This document shows positions 27,766-40,520 of a DNA stretch of 64,000 nt, piece after piece. This DNA is from Octopus vulgaris. Taxonomy: Eukaryota. The notes under the pieces are model-generated. The model was not told the origin of the DNA. It ran no database searches and worked only from the letters and a program-made list of their open reading frames with translations. Both the position numbers and the translations under genes were made by a program. Positions within the stretch are counted from its first letter, which is position 1, and each line of letters begins with the position of its first letter. Location of the stretch: positions 69,316,001 through 69,380,000 of the forward strand of contig OX597825.1 in NCBI GenBank assembly GCA_951406725.2. Reading direction: 5' to 3'.

Positions 27766-28074
27766 GGTTGAACAAATGACACAGGACTATAACAATAAGT
27801 AATTTTGATTTCAAAAGGACCATTTTTTTCGTTTCTGTTTGGAATTGATTACGATGGAAACAATTTCTAGAATCTTTTTTGGATTTGTACCAACTTAGGA
27901 TTACAAGATCGTCTATGCCTATATTTTTTTCTTTCTTTATACATTATTCACTTATTGATTATACCAATACTGAATATGAAGGTTTCATATATTCTTTGCT
28001 TTAACTGACCTGGCTGACTGGGTTGTTTAACGTCCCTTCAAAGGATTTTGTTCCTTACATCTTTTATACACACA

Positions 28075-28114
<40 letters not shown>

Positions 28115-28196
28115 TACATCGGTTATGTATCTGGTTTGCAAGATTCCTTTTGTGAATTCGTGTGTTGAAGCATATTTTATTGTGTCTGGGGAGAAT

Positions 28197-28344
28197 CATT
28201 CTCTTTTAGTGCCTTATAATTTAACACACCGGTTCGATTTCCACTCATTTACTTATTTAAAAAAATAGAAAAATACAAAAAAAAGTAAATGAGAGGAATT
28301 CGAACCGGGGTGTGCGTTAAATAATAAGGCACTAAAAAAGAATG
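28197..28344. repeat. Imperfect inverted repeat with ~58-bp arms between (CA)n and (TA)n
   Basis: cattctcttttagtgccttataatttaacacaccggttcgatttccactcatttactt pairs with aagtaaatgagaggaattcgaaccggggtgtgcgttaaataataaggcactaaaaaagaatg. Confidence 0.85.
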
Positions 28345-28358
28345 CCTATTCCTACACC

Positions 28359-28448
<90 letters not shown>

Positions 28449-29586
28449 TAGATAGAAAGATAGCTATGTTATATGCCGTTATGAATGAGGCACAGTATGA
28501 AGCTTGCCCACCTTCTGCATTACCCTGTACTATCCGTTAGTAGTATTATACATACTTCAAAGGTTTACGTTTAGCCATTCGTCCTGTGTGAATATAAAAT
28601 TGGAGTCAACAAGACGTGGCGTCGAAACAATTGTAGTGATTACAAAATATCTGTCCAACCGTAGTTTGCGTGTAATATATTTCAAATACACATCTATCCA
28701 CATACCAATAATCTGAAACCTAATCTTTCACATATAATATAAAATGTAATAAATGTCGTATTTAAGCATTTTTATACATAAGAATTTACTGAGCAAATGA
28801 AGCAAAATAATTCGACTTTCAAAAATTTATTTACGTTAATAAAATTAACAGTTCTTCCCTTTGTCTTGACGACGAGTGTGCTCTTCTTCTTTCGGGTAAT
28901 TACTTTCACCAACATATTCTAACGAGTTTCATTCCTAAGTAGTCTTAATGTACCCGTTACAGATATATCTAGTGTTTCGTATTATAGTTATGTTCGAAAC
29001 ACGGGCTTACAAATTACTTAGCATTCAAGGAAATAGGTAGTCTATAACATGAAAAAAGTATCTACGGTGGAATATTTTCGGTGCATCATATTCATTCTCA
29101 AATCAGAACTAAATGTAAACAGTGTAACTGAAATGTTACACGTTATATGACAAGTAATTTTGGATGTATACGTTGGCCATAATGGCTAATATCAGGAAAT
29201 ATGGGCTACATATAATAATTATAATTTAACTTTTAACAAATTATGTTATTGCTGTGGCTTCAGTAAATTTGGTTGTATGAACATGTTGAAATACGATATT
29301 TATCAAATTTGTCGGTGCGTATACAAAATGATAACACGAAAACTAATTTTCAACAGTAAAATATTTGTTTCCCTAAAATAGTGTAAAATAATAAATTTCA
29401 TTTTGGTGACTATTCGTAACTATTCTTTCATTCCTTCCTTACTTTCTCCTTCTCCTGTTTCTCCGTCTCTCTGATTCGTTCTCTTTCATTTTTGTGTATA
29501 GTGTTCTTTCACTCATTGCCTGCCACCAATCTCGTATGTGCATTCATGATGCACCTCTTATGTGAACTTTCCCTGTGGCTTTCTTT

Positions 29587-29630
<44 letters not shown>

Positions 29631-30304
29631 CCCTTCCTCTATGCAATGTAAAGCGTGACTGAAGAAATCAGTTAACCGACTAACTTACCAATATTTTTAT
29701 AAGCTATCATTAAATAGAGTATCAATATTCTAGCTGCCTGGAAATATTTTACTCTATCTATTTTACTCATAAAGCTTGTTTCAACAGGAGGCTATGGTAG
29801 ACCATGCCCAAGTATTGCACGAGATCGAAACCTGAACTATATGATTACGACTCCATACTGACTATCGAGTTTCCTTATAGTTCTTTTATCACTCCCGGTC
29901 ATGTATTCAATGGCATGTTTAGATCCACCTAAGCGGCGAATTAGTAGCGTAGTTAAACCGTTAGATGGAATTCATCTTGGCATATGCTACGACACTCTGT
30001 GCCCTCATTTCAAATCCACCGAGGTCATCTTTGCTTACATCATTTCGGGGTTCACGAAAAAGTAGCAATGTAAGACAGTAAAATAGTTGAACTTGGCTAA
30101 AATCATACCAAACGCGGGAATGTTTTGTATTCTGGGCTCGAATCCTGCCGTTGCTAGATGTCAGTATCCATGCGTTTGAAAACTAGTAACTTGGGTACAT
30201 TTTGCGATGTCCGTTCAGATTTCGGTTGTCAGAATATCCTGGCCTCTCTCCTGTAAGTCTTCCATGCCTCGAAGAGTGTTATGGTCACTGACTTCCCTCT
30301 CGAA

Positions 30305-30918
30305 TAAAAGATAAAATGGAAAAAAAATCGAACTATCAACGGTTGAATCTTAAGCTCATATATGTTCCGAATGTAGAGACACACTAGCTGTGAAAATGGA
30401 TTAATGCGCTTAAGTAACTAAATAACTTCCCTTTTCAAGACGAGCTCGCAGAATCGGTACCTGGGGCATTTTTCCCAGGTTTACTGAGCTGAAATTCCGC
30501 GCCGAGGTTCACTTTGCTTTTTATCTCATCAGAGTCGAGTCGCTTTCATCAAAATTGCAGGAGCCATGCACTTGTAGAAGGAATATTACTTTCACTTTCA
30601 CAATTGATAACCAATCAAGAGGAGTCAGTCTTATTGTCAGATAAAAAATCACGTTATATCTACAAATACACACGTCTAGAATGGAATTGTGAGCCTACAT
30701 AAATGTATATTTTTGTGTTTCTCTGAGTAATTTAAATACTCTAGGAATAAATACGATATGTAAGGAATAATGTTGGGGTTATTCTTACACACTAATTCTT
30801 TACTATTTCTAAGTTCATACTTAAACTGTAGTGGTAATGATGATGATGATGATGCTGATACTGGCGGTGGACGACGACGACGATGATGAGGATAATGGTA
30901 AAAAGAATGAAAATGGTA
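30305..30918 (+). repeat. Local segmental duplication, copy 1
   Basis: Colinear and highly similar to 34317-34931. Confidence 0.95.
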
Positions 30919-31085
30919 CCAGTAAGAGTGTTGGCGATGACGATTAGGAAAATGGTGATTCTGTTGGCAGTTATTATGAGAATAGCGATAATGATGATGA
31001 CGACGGCAATGATGATGATGGTGATGATGATGAGGTGGTAGTGATGACAATAAGGATGATGATGATAATGATGACGATGGTGCAA
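30835..31085. repeat. Degenerate (GAT)n-rich low-complexity tract
   Basis: Directly visible; source of the poly-His/Ile ORFs. Confidence 0.9.
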
Positions 31086-31418
31086 TTGTAGCGCGTAAAA
31101 ACGGTGTTTTACTGTCGATAATTTAAGCGAAACCTCATAATAATGCTAAACAGCATATAAACTTCCGTGCTGGGATTTTGTTTTCATACCTTTCTCTGTT
31201 TTTCTTTTTATTTCCGAAGCCACATCAATCTAAGAACTGCAATAATCACATAAATCTCTTGTGCTTAAACCGATATAACCCTGTGTAAATTAGAGTAGTT
31301 TATAAAGCAAGCGAATAGACAAATACATACGATACACTATGCCCTAATTAGAATAGCAGTATTGATCAAACACAGACGCACAGATACACACACATACACT
31401 CACACACACACGCGCGTG

Positions 31419-31464
<46 letters not shown>

Positions 31465-31825
31465 TATCTATCTATTTATATATTGCTTTACCTATGTGTC
31501 TCTTTCACTTTCTCGCTTTCTCTCTCTTTCCATACATATATAAACAAGCCGATACGACTATGTAAGGAACTGTGATATTTTATGCAAATGAATAGAGAAA
31601 ATATAGTACCTAGACTAGGACTCTACTACTACTACTACTACACACACACACACACGCACACACCACGAACAAACAGAGACATATTGCAATGTACATCTAT
31701 GTAAATAATTGTATTTCTTTATACAAAATAGGAGACGTTTATAGAAAGACGTTTATATAAGACAAATTACGATAAAATAACAATAGCCAGGATATAAGTA
31801 GACACATACACACATACATATATAC

Positions 31826-31881
<56 letters not shown>

Positions 31882-32132
31882 TTATTTATATATATATATT
31901 TATACATACATTAATGGTTTCTTGCTTGGAGAGTTTCTGTAAAAGATATATGTGTGTGTATGTGTGTCTGACTGTGTATGTATACTAGGTTTACAAAGTA
32001 TAACTCCTGGGGTCGATAATATCGACTAAAGGCGGTGCTCCAACATGACCGTAGTCAAATGACTGAAACAAGCAAAAAGAATAGAATTTAAATTATAGAT
32101 ATATATATATAATTTAAATTTTATTCTTTGCT

Positions 32133-32217
<85 letters not shown>

Positions 32218-32283
32218 ATATATAGTACTAGTATTGATAGAAATCGCAAGACAGCAAAAGCATGAAAGCGACCTCGATATTGT

Positions 32284-32342
32284 GTAACTGAGGAGATGCC
32301 GATGTAGATTTCCGCCCAGACATCCGAAACTCGGAGTTTTAT
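32284..32342 (+). ncRNA. Hammerhead-like motif in a short microsatellite-embedded element (32224-32375)
   Basis: gtaa-CTGAGGA-gatg...catcc-GAAA-c-tcgga-GTT-ttat; stem II register is imperfect. Confidence 0.5.
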
Positions 32343-32369
32343 TATGGCAACCGAATATATGTCACATAC

Positions 32370-32441
<72 letters not shown>

Positions 32442-32495
32442 TTAGTGAAGGAAGAAATGGAGCCGAACGAAGATTCAACAAAATTCCTTTTTTTT

Positions 32496-32581
32496 ATTTT
32501 CTACACATGTTTCAAAGGCTGCAAATTCCCAAATTCGGATTGAATAAGGAGATCATTCTGCAGCTTTCTCTTCAGGAAAAT
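32496..32581 (-). ncRNA. Type I hammerhead ribozyme (mirror copy)
   Basis: Exact reverse complement of 32735-32820. Confidence 0.78.
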
Positions 32582-32734
32582 CCAGGAATTTAAAATCTCA
32601 AAACAAATGCGCAGCAAGCTTTTCGAACAAAACGCTCCTAGGAGCCCATGGTAAAAATTTTTACCATGGGCTCCTAGGGAGCGTTTTGTTCGAAAAGCTT
32701 GCTGCGCATTTGTTTTGAGATTTTAAATTCCTGG

Positions 32735-32820
32735 ATTTTCCTGAAGAGAAAGCTGCAGAATGATCTCCTTATTCAATCCGAATTTGGGAATTTGCAGCCT
32801 TTGAAACATGTGTAGAAAAT
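32735..32820 (+). ncRNA. Type I hammerhead ribozyme
   Basis: Stem I attttc/gaaaat (6 bp), CUGAAGA 32741-47, stem II gaaagctgcaga/tttgcagccttt, GAAA 32803-06, short stem III AC-augu-GU, GUA cleavage triplet ending at 32814. Confidence 0.8.
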
Positions 32821-33011
32821 AAAAAAAAATTTGTAGAAATCGTTCGGCTCCATTTCTTCCCTTCACTAAATATATAAAACTTCAATTATCCGCGCTAAAG
32901 CACGGGGCGAAACCCCATGGTCGTAACCTCAACCGTGTCTTTTCTGGTGTGATTTTTGCTACACAGGTATAAATTTATAATCCGTAACAAGATAATTCAT
33001 TTATCCATTTC

Positions 33012-33052
<41 letters not shown>

Positions 33053-33257
33053 TTATATATATATACACACATAATATATATAAATATATATATATGCACA
33101 TAAGTATATATAAATATATATATATATACATATAAATATATATAAATATATATAAATAAATATATATATATATATATATATTTAGATATATATGTATATA
33201 TATATATATGTATGTATATCTATCTATTCATCTCTCTATGTATGTATGTATGTATGC

Positions 33258-33354
<97 letters not shown>

Positions 33355-34316
33355 CACACACACACACATATATATATATATATTGAAGTATGTAATTATA
33401 GTCTTGTCCACAAAACCACATCCACCCCGCAAAAAAAAAAAACAAACGAAAACGAATTGCCGGTATTTATATTAAGGTTTCATCAATCTGTTATTATTTT
33501 CGAGTTCTTGATGCAAGTTTTATGGTTGCCAAATACCATATTTTTGAAAAATATATCGCCGTCTAAAATATCTCATCAATGTCGACCCCACTCCACATAC
33601 ACACTCATAGACACACACATACAAAAAAATAAACAAAACAGAGCTTACAATGAAATATATTTGCATAGATAAATATAGACTCTCGCTTTTGGTATATTTG
33701 AAGACAGCAAACATTTGGATATTTAGAGATACGAATCAGAATGATCAATGAATCAATAATAGATGCTAATTTAGGCTTTCTTGGGATGGAAAATATTTGT
33801 GAAAATTTATTTCTAGACAATAAGAAATAACACTTTTATCCACTTGAACACTGCCGTATATAAATGTTTTTGTTCTGTCAAATTTAGCATGAATTTACGT
33901 ATGGATATCTAGTTGCCTTGAAGCAGTTCTATGACATCATTATATGCTGTTTATCTTACAGTGCCAGTAAGCATACTGTTTCTTTGAGATGAGGAGTTTT
34001 CACTCGAAACATTGTACATCACTTTTGCATTACATGTTCATTGCTCAATTTCCAAATCATCAGTTAATGTTTAAACTATCTCTCTGCATTGAGTAATCTT
34101 ATTTTGTTTTGTAAGCTAAAATGGATGCATACCTATACAGCCTTTGTGTGTGTGTGTGCTTGTGTGTGCCTGTGTGGTATGTGTGTGTTTGTGGGTAACA
34201 CATTTCAAATACACATCTACCAACGTAGCAATAATTTAAAATGTAATCATTCGCATAATAAAAGATGTAATAAATGTCGTACTTTAGCATGTTTATACAA
34301 CAAAATTGCGGAAACT

Positions 34317-34931
34317 ATAAAGGATAAAATGGGAACAAATTGAACTTTCAACGGTCGAATTTTAAGCCCATATATGTTCCGAATGTAGAGACACACTAGC
34401 TGTGAAACTGAATAAATGCGCTTAACTAAATAACTAAATTACTTCTCTTAACAAGACTTGCAGAATCGGTACCTGGGGGCATTATTTCCCAGCTGTACTG
34501 AGCTGAAATTCCGCGCCGAGGTTCACTTTGCTTTTTATCGTATCAGAGTTGAGTCACTTTCATCAAAATTGCAGAGGCCATGCACTTGTAGAAGGAATAT
34601 TACTTTCACTTTCACAATTGATAACCAATCAAGAGGAGTCAGTCTTATTGTCAGATAAAACATCACGTTATATCTACAAATACACACGTCTAGAACGGAA
34701 TTGTGAGCCTACAAAAATGTGTATTTTGTGTTTCTGTAAGTAATTTAAATAATCTAGGAATAAATACGATATGTAAGGAATAATGTTGGGGTTATTCTTA
34801 CACACTAATTCTTTACTATTTCTAAGTTCATACTTAAACTGTAGTGGTAGTGATGATGATGATGATGTTGATACTGGCGGTGGACGACGACGACTATGAT
34901 GAGGATAATGGTAAAAAGAATGAAAATGGTA
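34317..34931 (+). repeat. Local segmental duplication, copy 2
   Basis: Matches 30305-30918; the adjoining 34195-34305 resembles 28672-28787. Confidence 0.95.
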
Positions 34932-34970
34932 GCCGTGTGAGTGGATTTCGTAGTCGGAAAAGTATGTATG

Positions 34971-35001
<31 letters not shown>

Positions 35002-35144
35002 TATATATATGTGTGTGTGTGTTTCCTCGTGTTCGTGTTTTTCACTCACCACCGTTTGGGTAAAAATTATTAAAAATGATAATTTATACCAGTGGCCAAT
35101 ATGCGTAAAAACATAGACATTAAAATACTATATATGCAATTGTG

Positions 35145-35370
35145 TGTTTATTTGTCTTTGCCCCACACCATTATTTGACAACAGGCGATGGCTTTTTTAC
35201 GTCCCAATAACCTAACGGCTCGGCATAAGACAACGATAGTATAAGAACCAGGTTGAAAGACAGTACTTTGCTCGATTGTTTTCAAAAAAAAGAAAACACC
35301 GGAAAAACATTCTTGTCGGTGGCCCGGTAGGCCGCAGTCTAGTGACTGAAACACATAAGAAGTATAAGGC
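35145..35370 (+). mobile_element. Diverged SINE B 3' half
   Basis: ttgacaacaggcgatgg...acctaacggctcggca...ggccgcagtctagtgactgaaac. Confidence 0.7.
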
Positions 35371-35734
35371 AGAAGGTAATTATATTATTTATGTGCAAGA
35401 CGTTGTGCCTTTGTAAACGGAGATTTACTTCGTTGAGCACTTAATGTAAACTATTTCTCAAGTTTTAAAAATCTGATTAACTTAAATATTTTCAATCTCT
35501 TCCATTTTAATACCTTAAGCAAAAACACTGCTACAACTACGATAGCTTGTAAATGAGATTTAGTAATTTATCAAAGTAAAATGTATAATACGAAAATAAA
35601 AAGTAAACCATATAATTGTTTTTTAGCATATCTTAACTGAATTTGATGTAAAGATGTTGAAAGGATATTTAAATCGCCCAGGACTGTGTAATTCACAAGC
35701 ATTTATTATTTCTTTAGCTAAGTCAGCTTGCATC

Positions 35735-35830
35735 ACACATACATACAAACATACATATATACATACATACATATATACATACATATATGCACGTATACAT
35801 ATATACATATACACACATATGTATATATAC

Positions 35831-35861
<31 letters not shown>

Positions 35862-35906
35862 CACGTATATATATATATATATATATATACGTACATATAT
35901 ATATAT

Positions 35907-35962
<56 letters not shown>

Positions 35963-36083
35963 CATACATATATACACACACATAAATATATATATATATA
36001 GAGAGAGAGAGAGAAAGAAAGAGAGACACATATATATCGGTGTAAGCATGTATATACATGCTTGTATGTCTATGCCTATCTAT

Positions 36084-36140
<57 letters not shown>
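35735..36140. repeat. Compound (TA)/(TACA)/(GA) microsatellite
   Basis: Directly visible. Confidence 0.95.
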
Positions 36141-36142
<2 letters not shown>

Positions 36143-36362
36143 TTGATATATATATCTACATATATATGTGAATGCGTATGTGTGTGTGTGCACTAATTTA
36201 TATGCATACATGTGTATAAAATGTGTGCCTACGTCCAAAACTTAATGCGTCTGAAGGTACAAAATTGAATCTCAATATTATCAATGGATTAAATTGTCCA
36301 CTGCACTGATTATGTATCCTGTAATACTATTTTATGAAGCCACTGAAAAAAGAAATGAGAGC

Positions 36363-36406
<44 letters not shown>

Positions 36407-36420
36407 TAATAATAATAATG

Positions 36421-36475
<55 letters not shown>

Positions 36476-36480
36476 TAATA
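36363..36480. repeat. (AAT)n microsatellite
   Basis: Directly visible. Confidence 0.97.
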
Positions 36481-36959
36481 GTGAAATTAGCAATAAATTA
36501 TACGATATCTTTAGCAGGTAGCAAACATGCTTAGCATTTCAAATTACGGACGAAAATTAAAAAACTTAAATAAAAAACTCTGACAAATGATACATGTGAG
36601 TTACATTTTTTTAAACGCATTGATAAATTATACACGATGATTAGAATATAAATTGAGATGATTTCATACATATTTAATATGATCAATCTACGTAATTAAC
36701 CGCGAGCTGACTGGCAATCTCGCTCCATTTCTGAACACAAATTATCAACAAATTTAGGAAATAAATCAGAATCATGAGATTCTGTATAAGTGTTTAGTAA
36801 ATGTTAGTAAGAAATTTTACGTTTTTTTTTTGGTGTTGTTTTATTGTATTTTCTTTTTTTTTCAAATCCAAGCAAACGAAATTCAGAAAATAAATCAGTT
36901 TACATTTAATTTTTTTTTTTAGTTTTGGGGATCTGGAATTATATAACAGCTATAGATAA

Positions 36960-37150
36960 TGGTTTCAAATTGTGGAGCAGCGCCAGCTTTTGTTGAGGTG
37001 AATGGGCAGATCGATCATATCAACGGTAGAGTTTGACTGGTACTTATTTTATCAGCCTTCATAGGATAAATGGTAACGTCGGCGAATTTGAGATCAAAAC
37101 GTAAGCATTTCTTCCGGAGTCTAACGGTTTTACAAACAAGCTCGCCGCCT
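36960..37150 (-). mobile_element. Diverged family-A-related SINE
   Basis: ctggtacttattttatc...ggataaatggtaacgtcggcgaatttgagatcaaaacgtaagcattt...gctcgccgcct. Confidence 0.7.
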
Positions 37151-37175
37151 TGATTAAGCTACAAATAACAGTATG

Positions 37176-37410
37176 TTTAGGCGGCGTGTTGGCAGAAACG
37201 TTAGCACGCCGGGCGAAATGCTTGGTGTTATTTCGTCTGCCGTTACGTTCTGAGTTCAAATTCCGCCGAGGTCGACTTTGCCTTTCATCCTTTCGGGTCG
37301 ATAAATTAAGGACCACTTACACACTGGTGTCGATATAATCGACTTAATCCGTTTGTCTGTCCCTGTTTGTCCCCTCTATGTTTAGCCCCTTGTGGGTAAT
37401 AAAAAATAAG
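37176..37410 (+). mobile_element. SINE family A, full length
   Basis: Family-A body; TSD aaataaca(g/a)tatg at 37163-37175 and 37411-37423. Confidence 0.93.
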
Positions 37411-38274
37411 AAATAACAATATGCAAACCCAATCGCATAGAAAAATTCGAAGTCAGTTCTTGGGACTCGAACCTACATCTGGCGTAGATATGACGGGTGG
37501 TCTAACATTTGATGCAAGCAATTCTTCCAGTTTGTCTATTCGAATCTTATAAACTTTATTCTTAGTTGCGAGAATTTTATGGATTTTCAAGTCATAATTT
37601 AGAAATTTTCGAGAGAAGCTGAAATAATTATTTGTACATTCTCTCGAAAGCTTATCAATTCTTATGACCTGAACGACATTTTGTATTTCAAGAGCAGTGT
37701 TGCTCTAAACAAACTCAATATTGAGAAGACTAAATAAATATAAGCAAAAAATAAAAATTAGGAATTATAAAAAATTAACCACTTCTCCCTGTTAAAGTAT
37801 TTAAAACAGAATCGTAACTAAGAATACCTGGCAATCTACAATTACTGTGTGATTGGAGCTTGGTAGAATAAAAAGTTCGTCGTACAATTATGACGTCTCT
37901 AGCATTGAGAACGAGAAATGTGGCAGATTAGTTGATCGGTCATTTGACTGGCGTATTTATTGAATGTATTATGTGGCTGACACAGTGATATTTCAAATAG
38001 CCTCTATCCTGTTTTGGAACTTGGCAGAACGAATTCTGTTTGGAAACTTATTGCGTAATTCTGATAACTCTAGGATCGAGAATATTTGATCGATCAATAA
38101 AAAAACCGTAGTGATTGAATTAATGTGTCATGTGACTTAGTATTCCACTGACCCAGCAAAAGTTCAAATGGCCTCAACGTGATATAATGAGATAAATCCA
38201 GACGTCCGAATTACGGCATTATGACTGTACAGTTCGTCCAATTTCAATGGAAGGGATTAAATCGGTTTAAGTTA

Positions 38275-38730
38275 GTCTTTGCTCTTTCATCTCTTTACAT
38301 GTTTCAACCATTGATGATAGAAAACTGCCTTGGATGGCTTAGTTGAACAAATCGTTCCAGAACTTATGTCTGAAGTCGCGTCTCTTTTGCGGAAATGCTA
38401 ACTTAAGGGATATAAGCAAACCAGCACCGGTTGTGAAACGGTAGGGGACAAAACCAAACATATAGACAAATCGACACACAACAAAGTGCACATACAAACG
38501 TGCACTCACACACACACACACACACACACAGATTTAAAAGACAGGCTTCCACACAGCTTCTATGTACTTGATTCACTGAAAAGTCATTGATCGGTCTGGC
38601 GATATACAAGTTACATTGCCCAATGTTCTACGCAGCGGGACTGAGCCCCAAAAACACGCGGTTGAAAAGCGAGCTTTTTAACGTCACTGCCAAGATACTA
38701 CAGTGTGGAATCTAACCCCTGACCCCATGC
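38275..38730 (-). mobile_element. Diverged SINE family B
   Basis: Reverse-complement B layout with internal (CA)n. Confidence 0.7.
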
Positions 38731-38750
38731 CTGCATATACGACGGAACAC

Positions 38751-38784
<34 letters not shown>

Positions 38785-38786
38785 TT

Positions 38787-38950
38787 ATCACTTTTTTTGC
38801 TTTTATTTGTCTTTTGCTTTCCTCTTTCTTTCCATTTATGATCCCTTTTGATCAATAAGCAACCCACGTTTTTTTTTATCCCCCAAAGGAAAAACTCTAC
38901 CTTGTAATTTGTCCCGTCTGTGTGCAGCCCTGTGTGGCTAATAAAGAAAC
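38787..38950 (+). mobile_element. Putative LINE 3' terminus inserted in (TATC)n
   Basis: Pyrimidine-rich UTR-like segment ending cagccctgtgtggctAATAAAgaaac with (TATC)n on both sides; last 43 nt resemble the SINE A tail. Confidence 0.55.
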
Positions 38951-38951
38951 A

Positions 38952-38952
<1 letters not shown>

Positions 38953-39032
<80 letters not shown>

Positions 39033-39093
39033 GTCTGTCTGTCTGTCTGTATGTCTGTCTGTCTGTCTGTATGTATGTATGTATGTATGTATG

Positions 39094-39134
<41 letters not shown>

Positions 39135-39278
39135 GTCTGTCTGTATGTCTGTCTGTCTATCTGTCTGTCTGTCTGTCTGTCTGTCTACCTATTTACCTAT
39201 CTGTCTATCTATTTATCTGTCTGTCTGTCTGACTACTGATCCCTCTGTCGGACTGTCGTCCGTCTGTATGTTCATTTA

Positions 39279-39329
<51 letters not shown>

Positions 39330-39352
39330 ATATATATATATATATATATATC
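38953..39352. repeat. Compound (TATC)/(TGTC)/(TATG)/(TC)/(TA) microsatellite
   Basis: Directly visible. Confidence 0.95.
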
Positions 39353-40276
39353 TCCATCTACGTATTTATTTATCTGCATATCTTTATTTACGCATATAAA
39401 TATATCTGAATACACACATAAATATACATCTATGTACGTATGTATATTTGTATGAATGGAAGGAGGCATGGATGAATCTGTCTTTGTGTTTGCGTTTGTT
39501 TGCAGTGTAAAATTGACTTTAGCTTGACTTTAGCGTATATATATACATGACTCGTGAATAACGATATTTACTTGTTTAACAAAGATCATTTACTAAAGTA
39601 ACTAGAAAATCGAAAAATCAGAAATAGTCTCGATATAATCAACTAAACAAATACCTGCATATAGCACCACAACATCAGCAGTCTGATGACCGAATCAGTA
39701 AAAAAAAGCTTAAAATTTGAAACACTAAGAGTATCATACTTTTGGTGAGAAAGGTGAAAATTTGATAAAAATATAGAAGTGTGTCTCAAAGCCGAGAAAT
39801 CGATACGATCTCAGATCTTCTGTGAAGGTGGGTGGATACTTAATAGAGAAACAAATGGCTACATCAATAACCTTCCTTCTACCTAAATCTGTGATCTCTG
39901 CCAGAGTTTAGTAAAATCGATTTCGTGTTTGGCACTGATCCTCCATTAACTATGGAATTTTAAGCACGTGACATGCCTGTAGGTACTTATGCTTTAAAAT
40001 ATTCTTCCCAAAACTATATATATTGGTGTGTGTGTAAGCGTCTGTACATACACACACATGCATATATATGTGTGTGTGTGTGTGCTCGTGTGTGGTGTGT
40101 GTGTGTGTGCGTATATATATACATGTATATATATATATATATATATATGTATAGACATATATGTATGTTTATATATATATCAGATGTATATACTTATATG
40201 TGTAATAGTATACACACACACAAGCACACACACACACACACACACATGCGCACACAGCACACACACATACACCCAA

Positions 40277-40321
<45 letters not shown>

Positions 40322-40356
40322 CATACATACATATATATGTGTATATTTATATATAT

Positions 40357-40520
40357 AGCGACAGTTTACGAAAAAAACAAAAGACGAAGAAAGATGCTGT
40401 ACAAAAGAAACAGATGTATTAGTAACGCTCAGGAATAGAAAAAGTTCTTTACGTTTCGAGCCTACGCTCTTCTACAGAAAGGGACACAAAAACAAGGAGG
40501 GAAAAAAAGGAGAGAAAAAA
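40357..40520 (-). mobile_element. PLE-terminus-like repeat with minimal hammerhead-like motif
   Basis: Minus strand cttt-CTGTAGA-A-GAGC-gtag-GCTC-GAAACGTA-aag (40447-40481); homologue of 3081-3245; abuts (TA)n. Confidence 0.62.

Larger units (their letters stand above)
32441..33012. mobile_element. Palindromic PLE-derived element inserted in (TA)n
   Basis: 32441-32657 is the reverse complement of 32658-32870; the right arm continues about 140 bp to the next (TA)n. Confidence 0.85.
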
